A stretch of 64,000 nt of DNA, taken from NCBI GenBank assembly GCA_051313645.2, contig JBNRSN020000011.1, forward strand, positions 55,118,001 to 55,182,000, written 5' to 3'. The notes below the pieces were generated by a model. That model had not been told where the DNA came from and did not search any database. It saw nothing but the letters and a program-made list of their open reading frames with translations. Positions 25,793 through 37,788 of the stretch are shown here, in pieces. Numbering within the stretch: the stretch's first letter is position 1; every line of letters starts with the position of its first letter. This DNA is from Centroscyllium fabricii (Eukaryota). The position numbers were made by a program, and so were the translations under genes.

Positions 25793-28700
25793 CTAAGAAA
25801 TATGAATACTTTAATTAGCTGAGCTCTGCAAGATGCACGTCGTACTTAGTTTGCTTAACCAGCGCCATTACCTGCATGAACAAAATCATCAGTCATTTAT
25901 TACTTTTAAAGGTTTATTAAAAGCTACAATTTTTACTAAAAATTGCAGATGTTGTAACACAATTTAAAGTGCTTAATATAAGTTACATGAAACTTAAAAT
26001 AAGTATGAAGGATAATTTATGCTGAGTGAAAGGTTAGCAGAAAGGTCAAGTGATGCACTTGATCAAATTACCTAGACTACTTCTCTTAGTTACTGTATCT
26101 CTATGATCTGCTATCAAATAGTTTTATTCCACGTGTAATCTGGGAACTGTGCAAATATGAAATTCAAACATATTGAAGCAAATCCAAATATTTTAAAAAG
26201 TATGTTAGAAATGGAATGGATCACTGCTAATAAAAAGATAACACAAATATTTCTGGTTACAAGTTGACAAAAAGTCATTTGTGACACCATCACTTGTGAG
26301 TTCTGAAGTTGTTCTAGACTTGGTCCTTGGGCAAGCCACATAAATAGCTAAACTGTTGAGGCTATTAACACAGAAGAAGCTGGCCCCAGCTTACTCCAGA
26401 AAGGCACTCCACTTTGTTCAGGAGAAGCCAATCACCAGGTTGAGAGAGGAGGGGATGACAATTGAAATAACATTGTTTCCCATAACATTCGCAGCATATT
26501 GAATAGCTATTAATTAATGGCAACGTCATAGGACAATGGAAAATGTGCAAGTAATTACTGTGTGGAAAGATTAAGCTCCAATGAAGAGCTTTTGGAAAGG
26601 CATCATCAGTACTAGGACCAGATGTAAGCTGACCTTGGATCCTGGATGCCAACTGAAATAGGGCGAGGGGAGGGGAGGGATGGAAGGAGGTAAAATATTC
26701 TGATTATATTACTTTAAATCTTTCTGCATCAGCACTGATGAATATCCCTTTGCTTAACTAGATCTGATCATCCTACCTGCAGGGGCATTGGGTTGTATTA
26801 AGCAGAAAAGGAAGATGATCAGCACCCAGTGATGTCTACCCCTGCAAGTTCTATTAGTAAGCAAGGCTGGCTGGTCAATCATTAACAATGTCCTGGAAGA
26901 TGCAGGCCTACCTGACACAAGTATTGAATTACTAATCCTGCCATAATAGTTTGATTTAGTTCTGAGCTTGTAATACCAGATTTGTCATCTTGGCGACCTT
27001 AACCTCAAAATAACCAACTTGCCTCGTGCCCCTAACCTCAAAGAGTGGCTGATACCTGCATTTGTCACTTGGCAGTCATTAGACAACTGACAAATGCAGG
27101 TATCAGCCACTGCCAGGCAGACAGAAGGTACCAAGAGCTCATCACAGGGGCATGATGCGCAGGCAACTCTCCATAAACTATGCAGCAGCGTTGTCGCAAT
27201 CCTCCTGACCACAGCAGAGGCACACATCATATCCCATCAGACAGTGGTAACACCAGTAAGAGGTTTGGAGCATCTTCAGCAGTGGTTGCAGCTGAATCAT
27301 GGTAGTCACCAAGCGCTGGGTATATGAGCTCTTGTCCTCATACCTTGCCTCCAGCAAGTCTTAGATTTTACTCATCACCTTGGTTACACACATCTGCCTT
27401 CAATGCGGTGAAAGAACTTACACAGGTTTGCTTGCCAGGTGCCAGCCACCTTGATCTTAATGTCTAGGGTAGCATATTCACACTTATTTTTTATGTTTTC
27501 CGATATTGTACAGATTTGCTTACACGTGGGAGTGAAGTGTAACCTCTCCTTCTCTCCACTTTCTCTGGTTTGCTTTTAAGCAATGGTGAAAACTGCTATG
27601 TAAGATTATAAAGCAATTTGACTAAGTCGGGCCACAATTAAAGTCCAAGTACCGTAAAATAACTGCAAGAAATATTTTGACCTTTGTTAATGGAATACTA
27701 AATGCAGTACCTGACCAAAGACACCATGCATCCACACAATCAGTAAATATTGTACTTAAAAAGAATATATTCAAATCATGCTGTTTTTGTTGTATTTAGT
27801 CGACAAAGTTACCAAGATACAATCATTTTTTTTGTATAGGCTCATTAAAAAGGGCTACACGGGATATCAATAAAAGTCATCATGTTGCAGTGGGCAGGAA
27901 TGCAATACTTTTCCCTACTTTTAACATCTAGCATCAGTATTAGCCATATTCATAATCACGTAAACCACAGATAGATAGAGGGTTGTAGTGTAATACAGTA
28001 TTGTTCTGACCCAGTTCTGACAAAAGGTCATCGACTTAAAACATTAACTCTGTTTCTCTCTCCACAGATGCTGCCTGATCTTCTGAGTATTTCCAGCATT
28101 TTCTGTTTTTATTTGATAGATGGTAATTAGAATAGATAGGGCTTGATGGCCGGCGCAGACACGATGGGCTGCAGGGCCTCTTTCTGTGCTGTAAAACTCT
28201 GACTCACTAAGGGCTAAATTGATCAGCGCACGTTTTGGGGTGGTGCAGTGGGCGCAGCGCTAAAATTAGCGCCGGGCGCAGATTTGCGCCTGGCTTCCCA
28301 ATATTCGGCTTTAGCACCCGGATAGGCGATTGCAGTGATAAATGAGGCGTTGCACGGCACTCTTAGGGCACAAACAGCGAAACCTCAGGCACTCCATCTG
28401 TCAGTCAGAGCCTTCTGAGAAACGCTGGCGCCGGCCAGCTCTTAAAGGGGGGGGGGGGGGGGTCTCCCTCCCATTCCAGGCACACCCTGCTGACTTCCTC
28501 TGAGTGCTGCTGTGGCCACACCTGTGACCCTAGTTCGACGACATGGAGAGGCTGCCCAGGGAGAGGGCAGAAAAGTTCAGTGACAGGGCCTTGAAGGCCC
28601 TGCTGAGTGCAGTGGAGGCTTGCAGAGCTGGTCTGTTCCCTGAGAGTGGGAGAAAACCTGTGCCAAAGGAGCGCAGGCGACTATGGAGGGAGGTGGCTCG

Positions 28701-29800
28701 CCATGTCAGCAGCCAGAGTATGGTGCCCAGGACCCTATATCAATGACGCAAAAAATTCAACGATCTCACTAGGGGTGCAAGTGTTTTTTTCTATATCTCT
28801 CCATCTCAATGTCACTGTATGGCCAGAGAATTCTAAACCCCCAATGCAGAACACTCAGCCAGAACCTAATGCCTCTCAGGGTCATTGTCCTTCAACAGAC
28901 TGTTGCTGCAGGGTTTTGCATAGCCTTTTCCTGTAAGACACTTGCATGCAGTAAGCGTTGCATAGCCCTTTCCTGTAAGACACTTGCATGCAGTAAGGAT
29001 TGTTCAGCCACTGTGCGCACTTCAGATGAAATACATGCTCTCCTGTAACTCAGATTGTGTCCTTTTCCTTGCAGGGGAAGCTGGCTCACAACCGACGGGA
29101 GCAGGACCGCATGGGTGGCAGTCCTCCTAATCTGTTGGAGCTCAGTGCCCTGGAAAAGCGAGTGGAGCGGCTAATGGGCAACCGCCTGAGTGCTCCTGTC
29201 GCCACAGGAGATGCTGACCTCGTTGTGGGCACCAGTGGTGAGTTCATGACGTTCCTGTCCTCTCTCATTCCTCTTGCCCCTCACAACAGCAGCCTTTGGC
29301 ACTTTCAATCCAAAGAAGTCGGTGCCTTTACTCATTGCTCCCTTGCTGTCACCTTGTCCTCACACTGAAAACACTCTTGTACCTCTGTCATTTCAGATGG
29401 TGGTTCATCAGCTGAGGAGGTGGACCCTGAACCGTTGCAGGAGATGCCGTCAGAAGGCAGGGAAGAGGAAGAGGCAGAAGCCGTAGGACGGCCACAACGA
29501 CAGGGGGAAGCCGCCTTCCACGGAGGGTTCGGATGAGTGGTGGGAGGTGCACGGTGGTCCAGGCCCCAGCGGGGTGTCGCAACGCAAGGGGTGGAGGGCA
29601 GCACCAAAGCGTGCTGCCCGGAGGGAGAGTGGGTCATCGAGCCCTGATGGCCTGACCGCAGAGGACGAGTGGGTCCTCTCACAAATGAGAGTCGAGGCGG
29701 GGCAGCGCCACAAGGAGCTCATGCAAGCGGTGGGGAGGTTGCCCAAAGCCCTGCACGACATGGCGGAAGCCGCGCAGATGCGCACTGCTGCAGTGCAGTC

Positions 29801-30734
29801 AAATGCAAGAAGTCACACAACACCAGATTATAGTCCAACGGTTTTATTTTAAATCACAAGCTTTCGGAGCGTCTGCCCCTTCGTCAGGTGGACAGAGAGA
29901 GACTGACTTAAAGATCACATATTGGAGGAAGGGAGAAATCCGATCTCTTCCACATCTCACCCTAGAGACAGAGAGCACACAAAGGCATATTAACATATTT
30001 TAACACCTCAGTCTGCGAGCAATGAGGCACAGTCGCAAGGGGGGTCAAATGCTGCAAAACACACAATGATTTAAAAAAAGGGAATTTCCTTACAAGACAA
30101 AGATGTCCCTAGTCCGGATGACTCTACGTCAGGCGGGACATCAAAGCAGTCCAAGATTTTCCAACATATCAAAAGGGTGCAGTCACAGGGTCAAATGTTA
30201 GTCTGCTGTAAATCCCACAGAATGATTTTTTAAATAAAAACCATGATTTTTCTTACTTAAAATCGCAGAACAAGCCGAAGATGGTTCGAGTCTGGATGAC
30301 TCTACGTCAGGCGGGGTCACATGTAGCGTGACATAAACCCAATATCACGGTTGAGGCCGTGCTCATGGGTGCGGAACTTGGCAATCAGCCTCTGCTCGAC
30401 GATTTTGCGTGGTCGTGTATCTCGAAGGCCACCCTGGAGAATGCTCACCCGAAGATCGGAAGCTGAATGTCCTTGACCGCTGAAATGTTCCCCGACTGGG
30501 AGGGAACACTCCTGCCTGGCGATTGTTGCGCGGTGCCCGTTCATCCGTTGTCGTAGTGTCTGCATGGTCTCGCCGATATGTGATCTTTAAGTCAGTCTCT
30601 CTCTGTCCACCTGACGAAGGGGCAGACGCTCCGAAAGCTTGTGATTTAAAATAAAACCGTTGGACTATAATCTGGTGTTGTGTGACTTCTTGCATTTGTC
30701 CACCCCAGTCCAACACCGGCACCTCCACATTATG
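29801..30734 (-). mobile_element. 5'-truncated Penelope-like element with inverted pLTRs
   Basis: About 120-bp inverted repeat (29801-29921 / 30577-30697) with a roughly 35-bp extension on the right. 11-bp TSD GCAGTGCAGTC at 29790-29800 and 30735-30745. GIY-YIG C-terminus on the - strand (IGETMQTLRQRMNGHR...PVGEHF...GLNRD). Confidence 0.9.
30608..30643 (+). ncRNA. Minimal type-I hammerhead ribozyme in a Penelope pLTR (mirror copy at 29855-29890, - strand)
   Basis: CAC-CTGACGA-A-GGGGC-AGAC-GCTCC-GAAA-GCTT-GTG: CUGANGA and GAAA cores, stem II, palindromic AAGCUU in place of stem III, stem I CAC/GTG. Confidence 0.75.
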
Positions 30735-31479
30735 GCAGTGCAGTCAGTGAGTGCTGCACTCCAGTCAGTCGGTCCTGCTGTGCAGCCGCTTACTGACGCC
30801 ATGCGTTAACTGACTGTTGACCCCGGGCTCTGAATGCGCCACAGCAAGCCAGCAATCTGTGCTCCAGCAGATTGCTGGGGAAGATGAGGCGTGGGCCCCT
30901 GGGAGTGAGACTGTATTGGTGGAACAGGGAGGTGCAAACCTCTCTCACCAGGGCAGCATTGCTGCTGCCAGCAGTCGTACTTCTCCACTGCTGCTGGCCC
31001 CGCCTGTACACCAGACTACTGGCACCCATTCAGAGGTGGAGCAGTCTGAAGCTGGACCCTCCAATCCCAGAGCTGGTCGAGGCTGACCTTCGAAGGCTGT
31101 GTCAGTGGCAAGCTCGGACACTCCGCAGCCTTCCACCAGCGTTGCTGCACCCACTGGGGTGACATTAAGGAGGAGCATTAGGGTGGGGAGGGGGGAACGG
31201 CGGAAGGGCAGGACCTCCCCGGAGGCTAAAAAGTAGCCTGCTGGATGTCACAAACAGCAATGACATGTCCTTTGAAAGGCAGAGGCTCGTGGCCAGTTAT
31301 GTTGACCATTCCTGTGGGGGGATTGTTGTTGGGGCGGTTTGCGTACAATAAACAGTTCTTTTAATGAAAATGTTCATGGTTCCTGTTTGGCATCATTGAT
31401 GCCTTGAGCGGCTTAACGGTAGGGGGTTGGTCTCAGTCAGGTCATTCTGAAGGGCAGACCTCTTTTCATCAGCAGGGGC

Positions 31480-32844
31480 CTAGAAGCGGCTGTCTATGAG
31501 CCTCTGACGCACAGCCTTTCCAGTTACCGCATGCCTCCTGCATTGGGGCTGCTGCTGATGCTCCTCACCTTCCTCCGCCTCCTCTGGTGCTGCAACAATG
31601 TCTGGCAGTAGTGGCTGGGTCCTCAGGATTGCCAAGTAATGCAGCATGCAGCAGACAACGACAAAGTGGGACACTCAGTCAGGTGCATACTGGAGGGCTC
31701 CTCCAGAATGGTCCAGACAGCGGAACCATTGTTTGAGCACACCGATTATCTGCTCAATGAGGTTGTCTCGAAGCTCAGCAGGGGTTTGGGGCGCACGGAG
31801 CGGGGTCATCAGCCAGGGGGTCAGAGCATATCCCTGGTCATCGAGAAGCTATCCAGCTGGGTGATTCGGTGCCTGGAAGACGTCTACCACAGTAGTCTGG
31901 CGCAGTATGAAGGCATCGTGGGTACTGCCTGGATAGTCCAAAGATGTGCGGGTTAGGTTGATTGGCCATGATAAATTGACCTTTAGTGTTAGGGGGATTG
32001 AATATGTGGGGTTACGGGGATAGGGTGGGATATGTGTCAGTGCAGGCTCGATAGGGATATGGGGAGAGGGCAGGGGCGGGGTACTGGGTTTGGATGATCA
32101 GCCATGATCTCATTGAATGGCGGAGCAGGCTCGAAGGGCCGAATGGCCTACTCCTGCTCCTAGTTTCTATGTTTCTCTAGGTTTCTAGTACGCATTCACA
32201 GCGAGGATGTGCTGTCGGTGGTCACACACCAGCTGTACGTACAGGGAATGGAAGCCCTTTCTGTTGCGGTATTCCTCAGCATTGCAATACGGCGCCCGCA
32301 AAGCCACATGCGTGCAGTCAATGGCGCCCTGCACCATGGGGAAGCCCTGCACATTGGCAAACCCCTCATGGCATTCCTGCTGCTTGTCCTGAGCCATGGG
32401 GAACGATATATACTGTTGCCTCCTTCTGTATAGGGCTTCTGTGACCTGACGGCTGCAGCAATGTGCGGAAAACTGCTAGATGTTAGATATGTCCCCAGTA
32501 CCTGCCTGAAATGAGCCGGTGGCATAAAGGTTGAGAGCCACTGTTACCTTCACTGCCACCGACAGAGAAGTCCTGGTCCTCTGCTGAGGCTGCAGGTCTG
32601 GCTGAAGCAGATGGCAGAGATCCGTCACCACCTACTTTCTGAAGAGCAGCCTGCACAGAGCCTGCTCCTCAGACATATTCATGTATGAGTATTGATGTCC
32701 AAAAACCCTGCCACGGTAAGGTCTCCTGCGCACACGCCTGTCTGCCCTCCTGCGCCTGGCCATGACTGGTACTCGATGTTGGCATCTCTGTGCCATGCCA
32801 ATGTAATGCAGCCGGGCAACATCCCCATCCAGTGCAGCTCCCAT
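31480..32844 (-). pseudogene. HARBI1-type DDE transposase with stops and a SINE insertion
   Basis: Motifs GFPMVQGAIDCTHV, YRNRKGFHSLYVQLVCD, YPGSTHDAFIL, LLDDQGY, IEQIIGVLKQWFRCLD and CCMLHYLA are spread across broken ORFs. Confidence 0.88.
31939..32185 (+). mobile_element. 3' part of an HE1-type SINE inserted in the transposase
   Basis: Matches the SINE bodies at 57757-58018 and 40251-40620. CR1-derived tail GGCCGAATGGCCTACTCCTGCTCC..(TTTCTA)n. Confidence 0.8.
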
Positions 32845-33905
32845 AGTGTCAAAGGAAGGAAAGGACAGAAGGGCGAAAACTCACACTACCTACAAGCCTA
32901 TGACCAGAGGGCCAAAGTATGTCAGGAAGCAGTGAGTGAAACAACCAACAGTCTTTCCTCTCTCCAAATCTCTCTCTCTCTCTCCGAATGCTGGCAAAAT
33001 GACTGCCACAAGAAATGCAGGAAGTGTGCCCTTTAAATAGCGCCCCAGCGGACCCACATCGCGTCGGAAGCGTTCCAGAAACCTAGCACGGGCAGCGCTG
33101 GGCGTTAGGTAGGCGGGTGCGACTGAATTTCCGGTGCTGCCCTGAGGAAGGGCGTTGCACGACCGAATTACGTCATGATCACGTGCGCCCAGCAGCGGGT
33201 AAGGGTTAGCGCTGCCGGTGATCGTCTGGCGAATTTTGCGCCCGGCGCTAAAATCTTGGTGCCTGGGCGCTAAAACCTCTTTGGCTCCTCTTAGTGCGCT
33301 AACGGGCAGATGCAAGACGGCGAATTTCTAGCCCTATGACTCTATGAATTATCCCTCTAACTCTGCTCCAACAATATGCCTTAGCACCAGCCATAGAAAA
33401 GAACCTCCTGTTGCACAAAACATCCTTACGAGCGCCATGACTGAGTTTGTCTATTAGTAGTACTGTACATACACAAAATGGTTCTCTGAAAATAATGAAT
33501 ACCAACAATTAAATAAAATGATTCTTTACATCTCTCATTCATACTATTGTATGAATAAACGAAACTGCATTATGTTGTCATTCAGCTATCAAAGATGAAC
33601 ACATGCACACAATATGCCAATCCAAATTAACATTAAAAAAATCATGCACCTTTCACATGTGCACATAGTTTGATATTTTGAAACCAGCAGAGGTCAGCAT
33701 TGATGCACAAATTTTTGATACCGTATGATCCTCGCATCAGAAAGGAAATATAATTAAGAGCAGAGGTGTTAACAATCAGAAAGTTTGGATTTTTTGCCAA
33801 ATCTTTTGTGAATACTTCTAACATAAAACATATGCATCCAGTATACTTTTTCTGTTGTAAATATTTTTGCAAGATGAATTAAAATCTGCAATTGAAAATA
33901 TTGTA

Positions 33906-34449
33906 CAGGTTGAGCACCGTTAATCCGCCAACCGTTAATCCGGCCCACGTGATGCCCGCGAAGGGCGGGCCTCTCCCCGGCAGCACCCCGCGATACGCGG
34001 GCCTCTCCCCGGCAGCACCCCGCGATGCGTGGGCCTCTCCCCGCGATGCGCGGGCCTCTCCCCGGCAGCACCCCGCGATGCGCGGGCCTCTCCCTGCGAT
34101 ACGCGGGCCTCTTCCCGGCAGCACCCCGCGATACGCGGGCCTCTCCCCGGCAGCACCCCGCGATACGCGGGCCTCTCTCCGGCAGCACCCCGCGATACGC
34201 GGGCCTCTCCCCGGCAGCACCGGAGAGTCCCAGGACCGTGAATCTACGTACCTCCCGGACCACCAGGTAGGTGGGCAATTTATCTCAGTTCTACGCGCAC
34301 GCAGTGGACACTTGGACTGGTCTACGCACGCGCTGCGGCCATTTTGACTGGTCTGCACAGGTGCTCCCCGAACCTTCAGTGGTTCGGCATTTTCAGTAGT
34401 CCGGCCCCGGCCTGGTCCCGAGGGTGTCGGTTTAACAGTGCTCAACCTT
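33906..34449. mobile_element. Tc1/mariner-type MITE with an internal GC-rich minisatellite
   Basis: Termini TA-CAGGTTGAGCACCG ... CAGTGCTCAACCT. Internal sequence is shared, in reverse orientation, with the copy at 2247-2899. Confidence 0.8.
33965..34220. repeat. Tandem repeat with 32-bp unit GCGGGCCTCTCCCCGGCAGCACCCCGCGATAC plus two shortened 20-bp units
   Basis: Directly visible; it produces the repetitive ORFs in all frames at 33769-34445. Confidence 0.9.
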
Positions 34450-34755
34450 TATTACACTACAGGTAGAAGCAAACAATTATACACAGCCAACAGTTTAAAT
34501 ATCTTAATATTCTGATTGTAATGCCTGCAAACATCTAACTTAGCAACAGATTTCTGCAGGCCAACTTGGCACTGATTTACTGTTTGCAAGAAGCTGTTTT
34601 GGAAAAGAAAATGGTATGGTAAGACATGAAATAGTATATGGAGAGGTAACATGCGCCTATGCAAATAAATTATTCATCCAATGAGCCACAAACATAATTC
34701 AGCATTAAAGTAGAGAAGTTTGCAAAATATATTATACTGCCCTTCCTAAAATATT

Positions 34756-35515
34756 GGGCCAGAAATTAAGGTCGGAGGCTTGCCGCGTGTGCAAGCCTCC
34801 AAAGTGCACTTACCTTCCGCACCTGCGTTTGTGATTTCTCGCCCCGGACTTCCAATGCGGTGCCCTCCGAGGTCCTTCTGAAATGTCGGCGCGCCGCGCT
34901 CTCGAATCCCAGCGTTGCAGCTAGTACGAAGTCTCACATGGGATCACGTGGGCCGCCTTGGGCCAATCAGAGCACAGAATGCTCCATTCATAAGTTTGAC
35001 AGGAAGACCTGTCAAACTTATGAATTACTACAACCCCAAAATCTCACTAAACCTTAAAATAATTTATTTTTTAAAAATCACATTTTTAAAAATAACTTTT
35101 AATGACACAAATTAGCTATTTTAAACAAAAATTAAAAAAATATATATTTAAAGTATTTAATGGGCCTAAAAATCAACTTATCTTTCTTTAAAGTATTTAA
35201 ACATGAAAAACCTGTGGAAAAAACTGTTTAAATTGAATTAAATAACAACTGAGCTGCTGTAATCCACTCTTTGCGCATGAAAATAGGAGCCGTAACTATT
35301 TTCAATATTTACCCCGAAAAAAACTTGGAAAAAAATCGGGAGTTCATTGCGCACCCACTCCCACGAACGCGTCCCGACCCGACCCCTTCTTTCAGGGAAT
35401 CGGAAGTGCCGGTTTCCCGTGCATGAGCGGTGTATGCCGGCAACCTGCACTTCGGATGGCCGCACGCGTGAGTACCCCGTCCCTACTCACGCGTTGCAGG
35501 CCTAATTTCTGGCCC
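34756..35515. mobile_element. Harbinger-like MITE (GGGCCAGAAATT termini)
   Basis: Termini GGGCCAGAAATTA / TAATTTCTGGCCC. Inverted homologue of 49328-50427. Confidence 0.82.
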
Positions 35516-35745
35516 AATATATTAACTACTATACTCATTTATCGAAAAGCGTAACTGAACATTGGATATACAGCATTAGCAGTATGGGATATATTGCACA
35601 TCGAACACTTTCCACTTAAGTATACGGTTATAAGTTTTGACCTTTTGTTAAAAACTTAGCTGAGTACTGCCTGTCTAAAAGGTATCAGGAATGACAACCA
35701 AGTGTAAAACAGAAGACACAAGAAACAATTGAAATGATTCCTTAC

Positions 35746-35819
35746 TTGCTCGCTCTGTCTGCCTCATCATCATCCAGTGGGGAAACAGCACCAGTGTGTG
35801 ATGATCGTTGAGGGCGAAT
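35746..35819 (-). CDS. DENND1B: DENND1B internal coding exon
   Basis: TTTAG acceptor and GTAAG donor; 74 nt (phase 0 to 2). Encodes IRPQRSSHTGAVSPLDDDEADRAS(K) and joins 25792 in frame; compare remembered DDDDIERASK|LSSED. Confidence 0.82.
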
Positions 35820-36973
35820 CTAAAGGCAAACAGGGAAAAAAAAGTGACTTTCAAAAGAGACCCCTTATGCCCCTCCTCCTTATGATTCCATGAGTGGCAG
35901 TGGCCTACCCAAGTCGCCAGTCTTCTTGCGTGAGTCAGGACAGAGAATATCAGTGGGCTATTTAACTACTCTGGCTTCAGTTAATGTCCAAAATGATCAG
36001 CATTTCTGAAGAGACCACTGGAGACCAATGAAGGAGCAGCAACCCTGGATTTTTTTCTCCTTCCTAGGGAATTCTGAGGTTAATGCTGCACTGGCTTTAA
36101 TCAGCTTATACTGATACTGCAGCACAATGTTGATGTGTCAGATTTTCAGTAAGAAAATATGGGCACTCAATTATCATTAATCAAATAATACAAATCTTTT
36201 ACAGTGAAGATATTGCGATTATAGCCATTCTACAAGTGATAAGAGTAGGGAATTTTAAAAGTGTTTAAAAAAAACCTATAAGTTATGCGTATCAGAAGGC
36301 ACAAGCATCAGTGATGTGATATTGTTATATATACTTTAAAAATATATAGAATACATCACAAGTTATTAACTGGAATTAATAAAATTTTGTACTCATTGCT
36401 GAGAAACAAGACACCATCATTACTCCAATGCATCCCACCCAACCAACCAAACCTCGGAATTCAGTTAACGTATTATATGTACTGGCAGATCTCCTGTGGC
36501 ATTGCTCACAGTAAGTTGGATGATATACAGTTTTATAATGATAGACATGTTCTACCGTGCATTAACATTCTATGGATAAACTGCAACTGTGTTTAACCTG
36601 GTCCCTCCTTCAAAGCCACAAAGTAGAATTGCTTGCAATAGCAATATCTTAAGGCCAAGTAGTGGTTAACCACTGCAGGTGAAAGTTTGCAGTTAGTCAG
36701 GTCCTTGTAAATGTTTGGCTCCAGGTCAGAAAGCATGAAATGACTGATTTAAAAAAAAATACTTACAACTCTTCGAAGTGGGTTATCTTGTGTGAAATGG
36801 ATTCAAAACTTAAATTTTTATAATAATTTTCCTACGGCACTGTCTACACTAAATGAGAGGACAAGAATACCATCATGAAAAACACAAATGTGTCTTTTTA
36901 CACTTATAAAGTCTAATTAAAAGTAAACACGGGCTAAGTTCATGTATAAGTTAATTAAGGTTACAGATATTGT

Positions 36974-37788
36974 GGGCTGGATTTTCATTGAGGAGGCGGA
37001 ACTACAACTTTCAGGATTGTAGTCCCGCCTCCATTGAGTTCCAGCCAACCCATGCGATCTTGACTTGATTGACCTTGTTGAGCCCGCCCAGTGGGCTCAG
37101 CAGGCCAATTAAGGGCCACCCGGCAACAAGTGACGCTACAGATTGACACTTCATCTGTCAAGACCTTTTGACAGATGAAATGTCAATGTTTGACAGCTGT
37201 TTGAAGCTGTCAAACACTTGACAATCTGTACTCCAGGTTAATTCCTTCCTCTCAGGATGATTTAGAGATCTCCCCGGAACAGAAAGCTGAATGCTGGAAC
37301 TTTTGACAGTTTGTGGCCATTCTGCTTTCTGTGCCGGTGAGATGAGGCACTCCCGAGACCTGAAGGAAGGAAGGCTGTAAAGGTAAGTAAAGGTTAGTAG
37401 AACTTCTTTAAACACTTTACACAGACCACACACACTTACGTCTGCACTCATGAACCCATCACTCACCTGAACACTGGACATCTCAAACCCTCCAAGCCCT
37501 TCAACCCGACTTGCTAACTTGGCATGGTTTGGAGCCGTCGGGCATCCCACGCTTCAACAGTAAAAATAGGGATTAGGCTAAAAACTGCCTGTTAACTACC
37601 TGTTAACAGGCAGTTAATTGGCACTAATCCCCTTCCCGCCTCAGGGAGGCAGGTCCCAACACAGGTCGGGTATCTGCCTCCTTTGAAACTGGCATGGAGG
37701 CGGGATGGGGTTAGGACCCATGATTCCGGGATTTTAACTCCCCACACGCCTCCAATCCCGCCTCCACGGCCCAATGAAAATCCTGCCC
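36974..37788. mobile_element. Harbinger-like MITE with 3-bp TGT flanks
   Basis: Termini GGGCTGGATTTTCATTG / CAATGAAAATCCTGCCC, each flanked by TGT. Confidence 0.7.

Larger units (their letters stand above)
28543..31236 (+). pseudogene. Harbinger Myb/SANT-like DNA-binding protein gene, spliced and disrupted
   Basis: MERLPRERAEKFSDRALKALLSAVE...LWREVARHVSSQSMVPRTLYQ*RKKFNDL, with an in-frame TGA at 28744-28746. Exon 29075-29237 (GKLAHNRREQDRMGGSPP) has AG/GT ends; a further exon starts at 29397 and is interrupted by the Penelope insertion. Confidence 0.75.
28211..33334. mobile_element. Decayed two-gene PIF/Harbinger transposon with nested Penelope and SINE insertions
   Basis: Termini GGGCTAAATT... 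/ ...GAATTTCTAGCCC. Convergent Myb/SANT-like gene (+) and HARBI1-type DDE transposase (-). CpG-rich subterminal regions. Confidence 0.85.

Noticed and set aside
31480-32844. Domesticated HARBI1 host gene
   Set aside because: It has stops and a SINE insertion, and sits between TIRs beside a Myb-like partner, so it is a decayed transposon copy.
33769-34445. Long Arg/Gly/Pro-rich ORFs on both strands
   Set aside because: They are produced by the stop-free GC minisatellite.
36767-36850. Additional DENND1B exon suggested by a GTAAGT donor on the - strand (likewise near 43073 and 55241)
   Set aside because: No convincing acceptor with an open compatible frame, and no recognisable homology.
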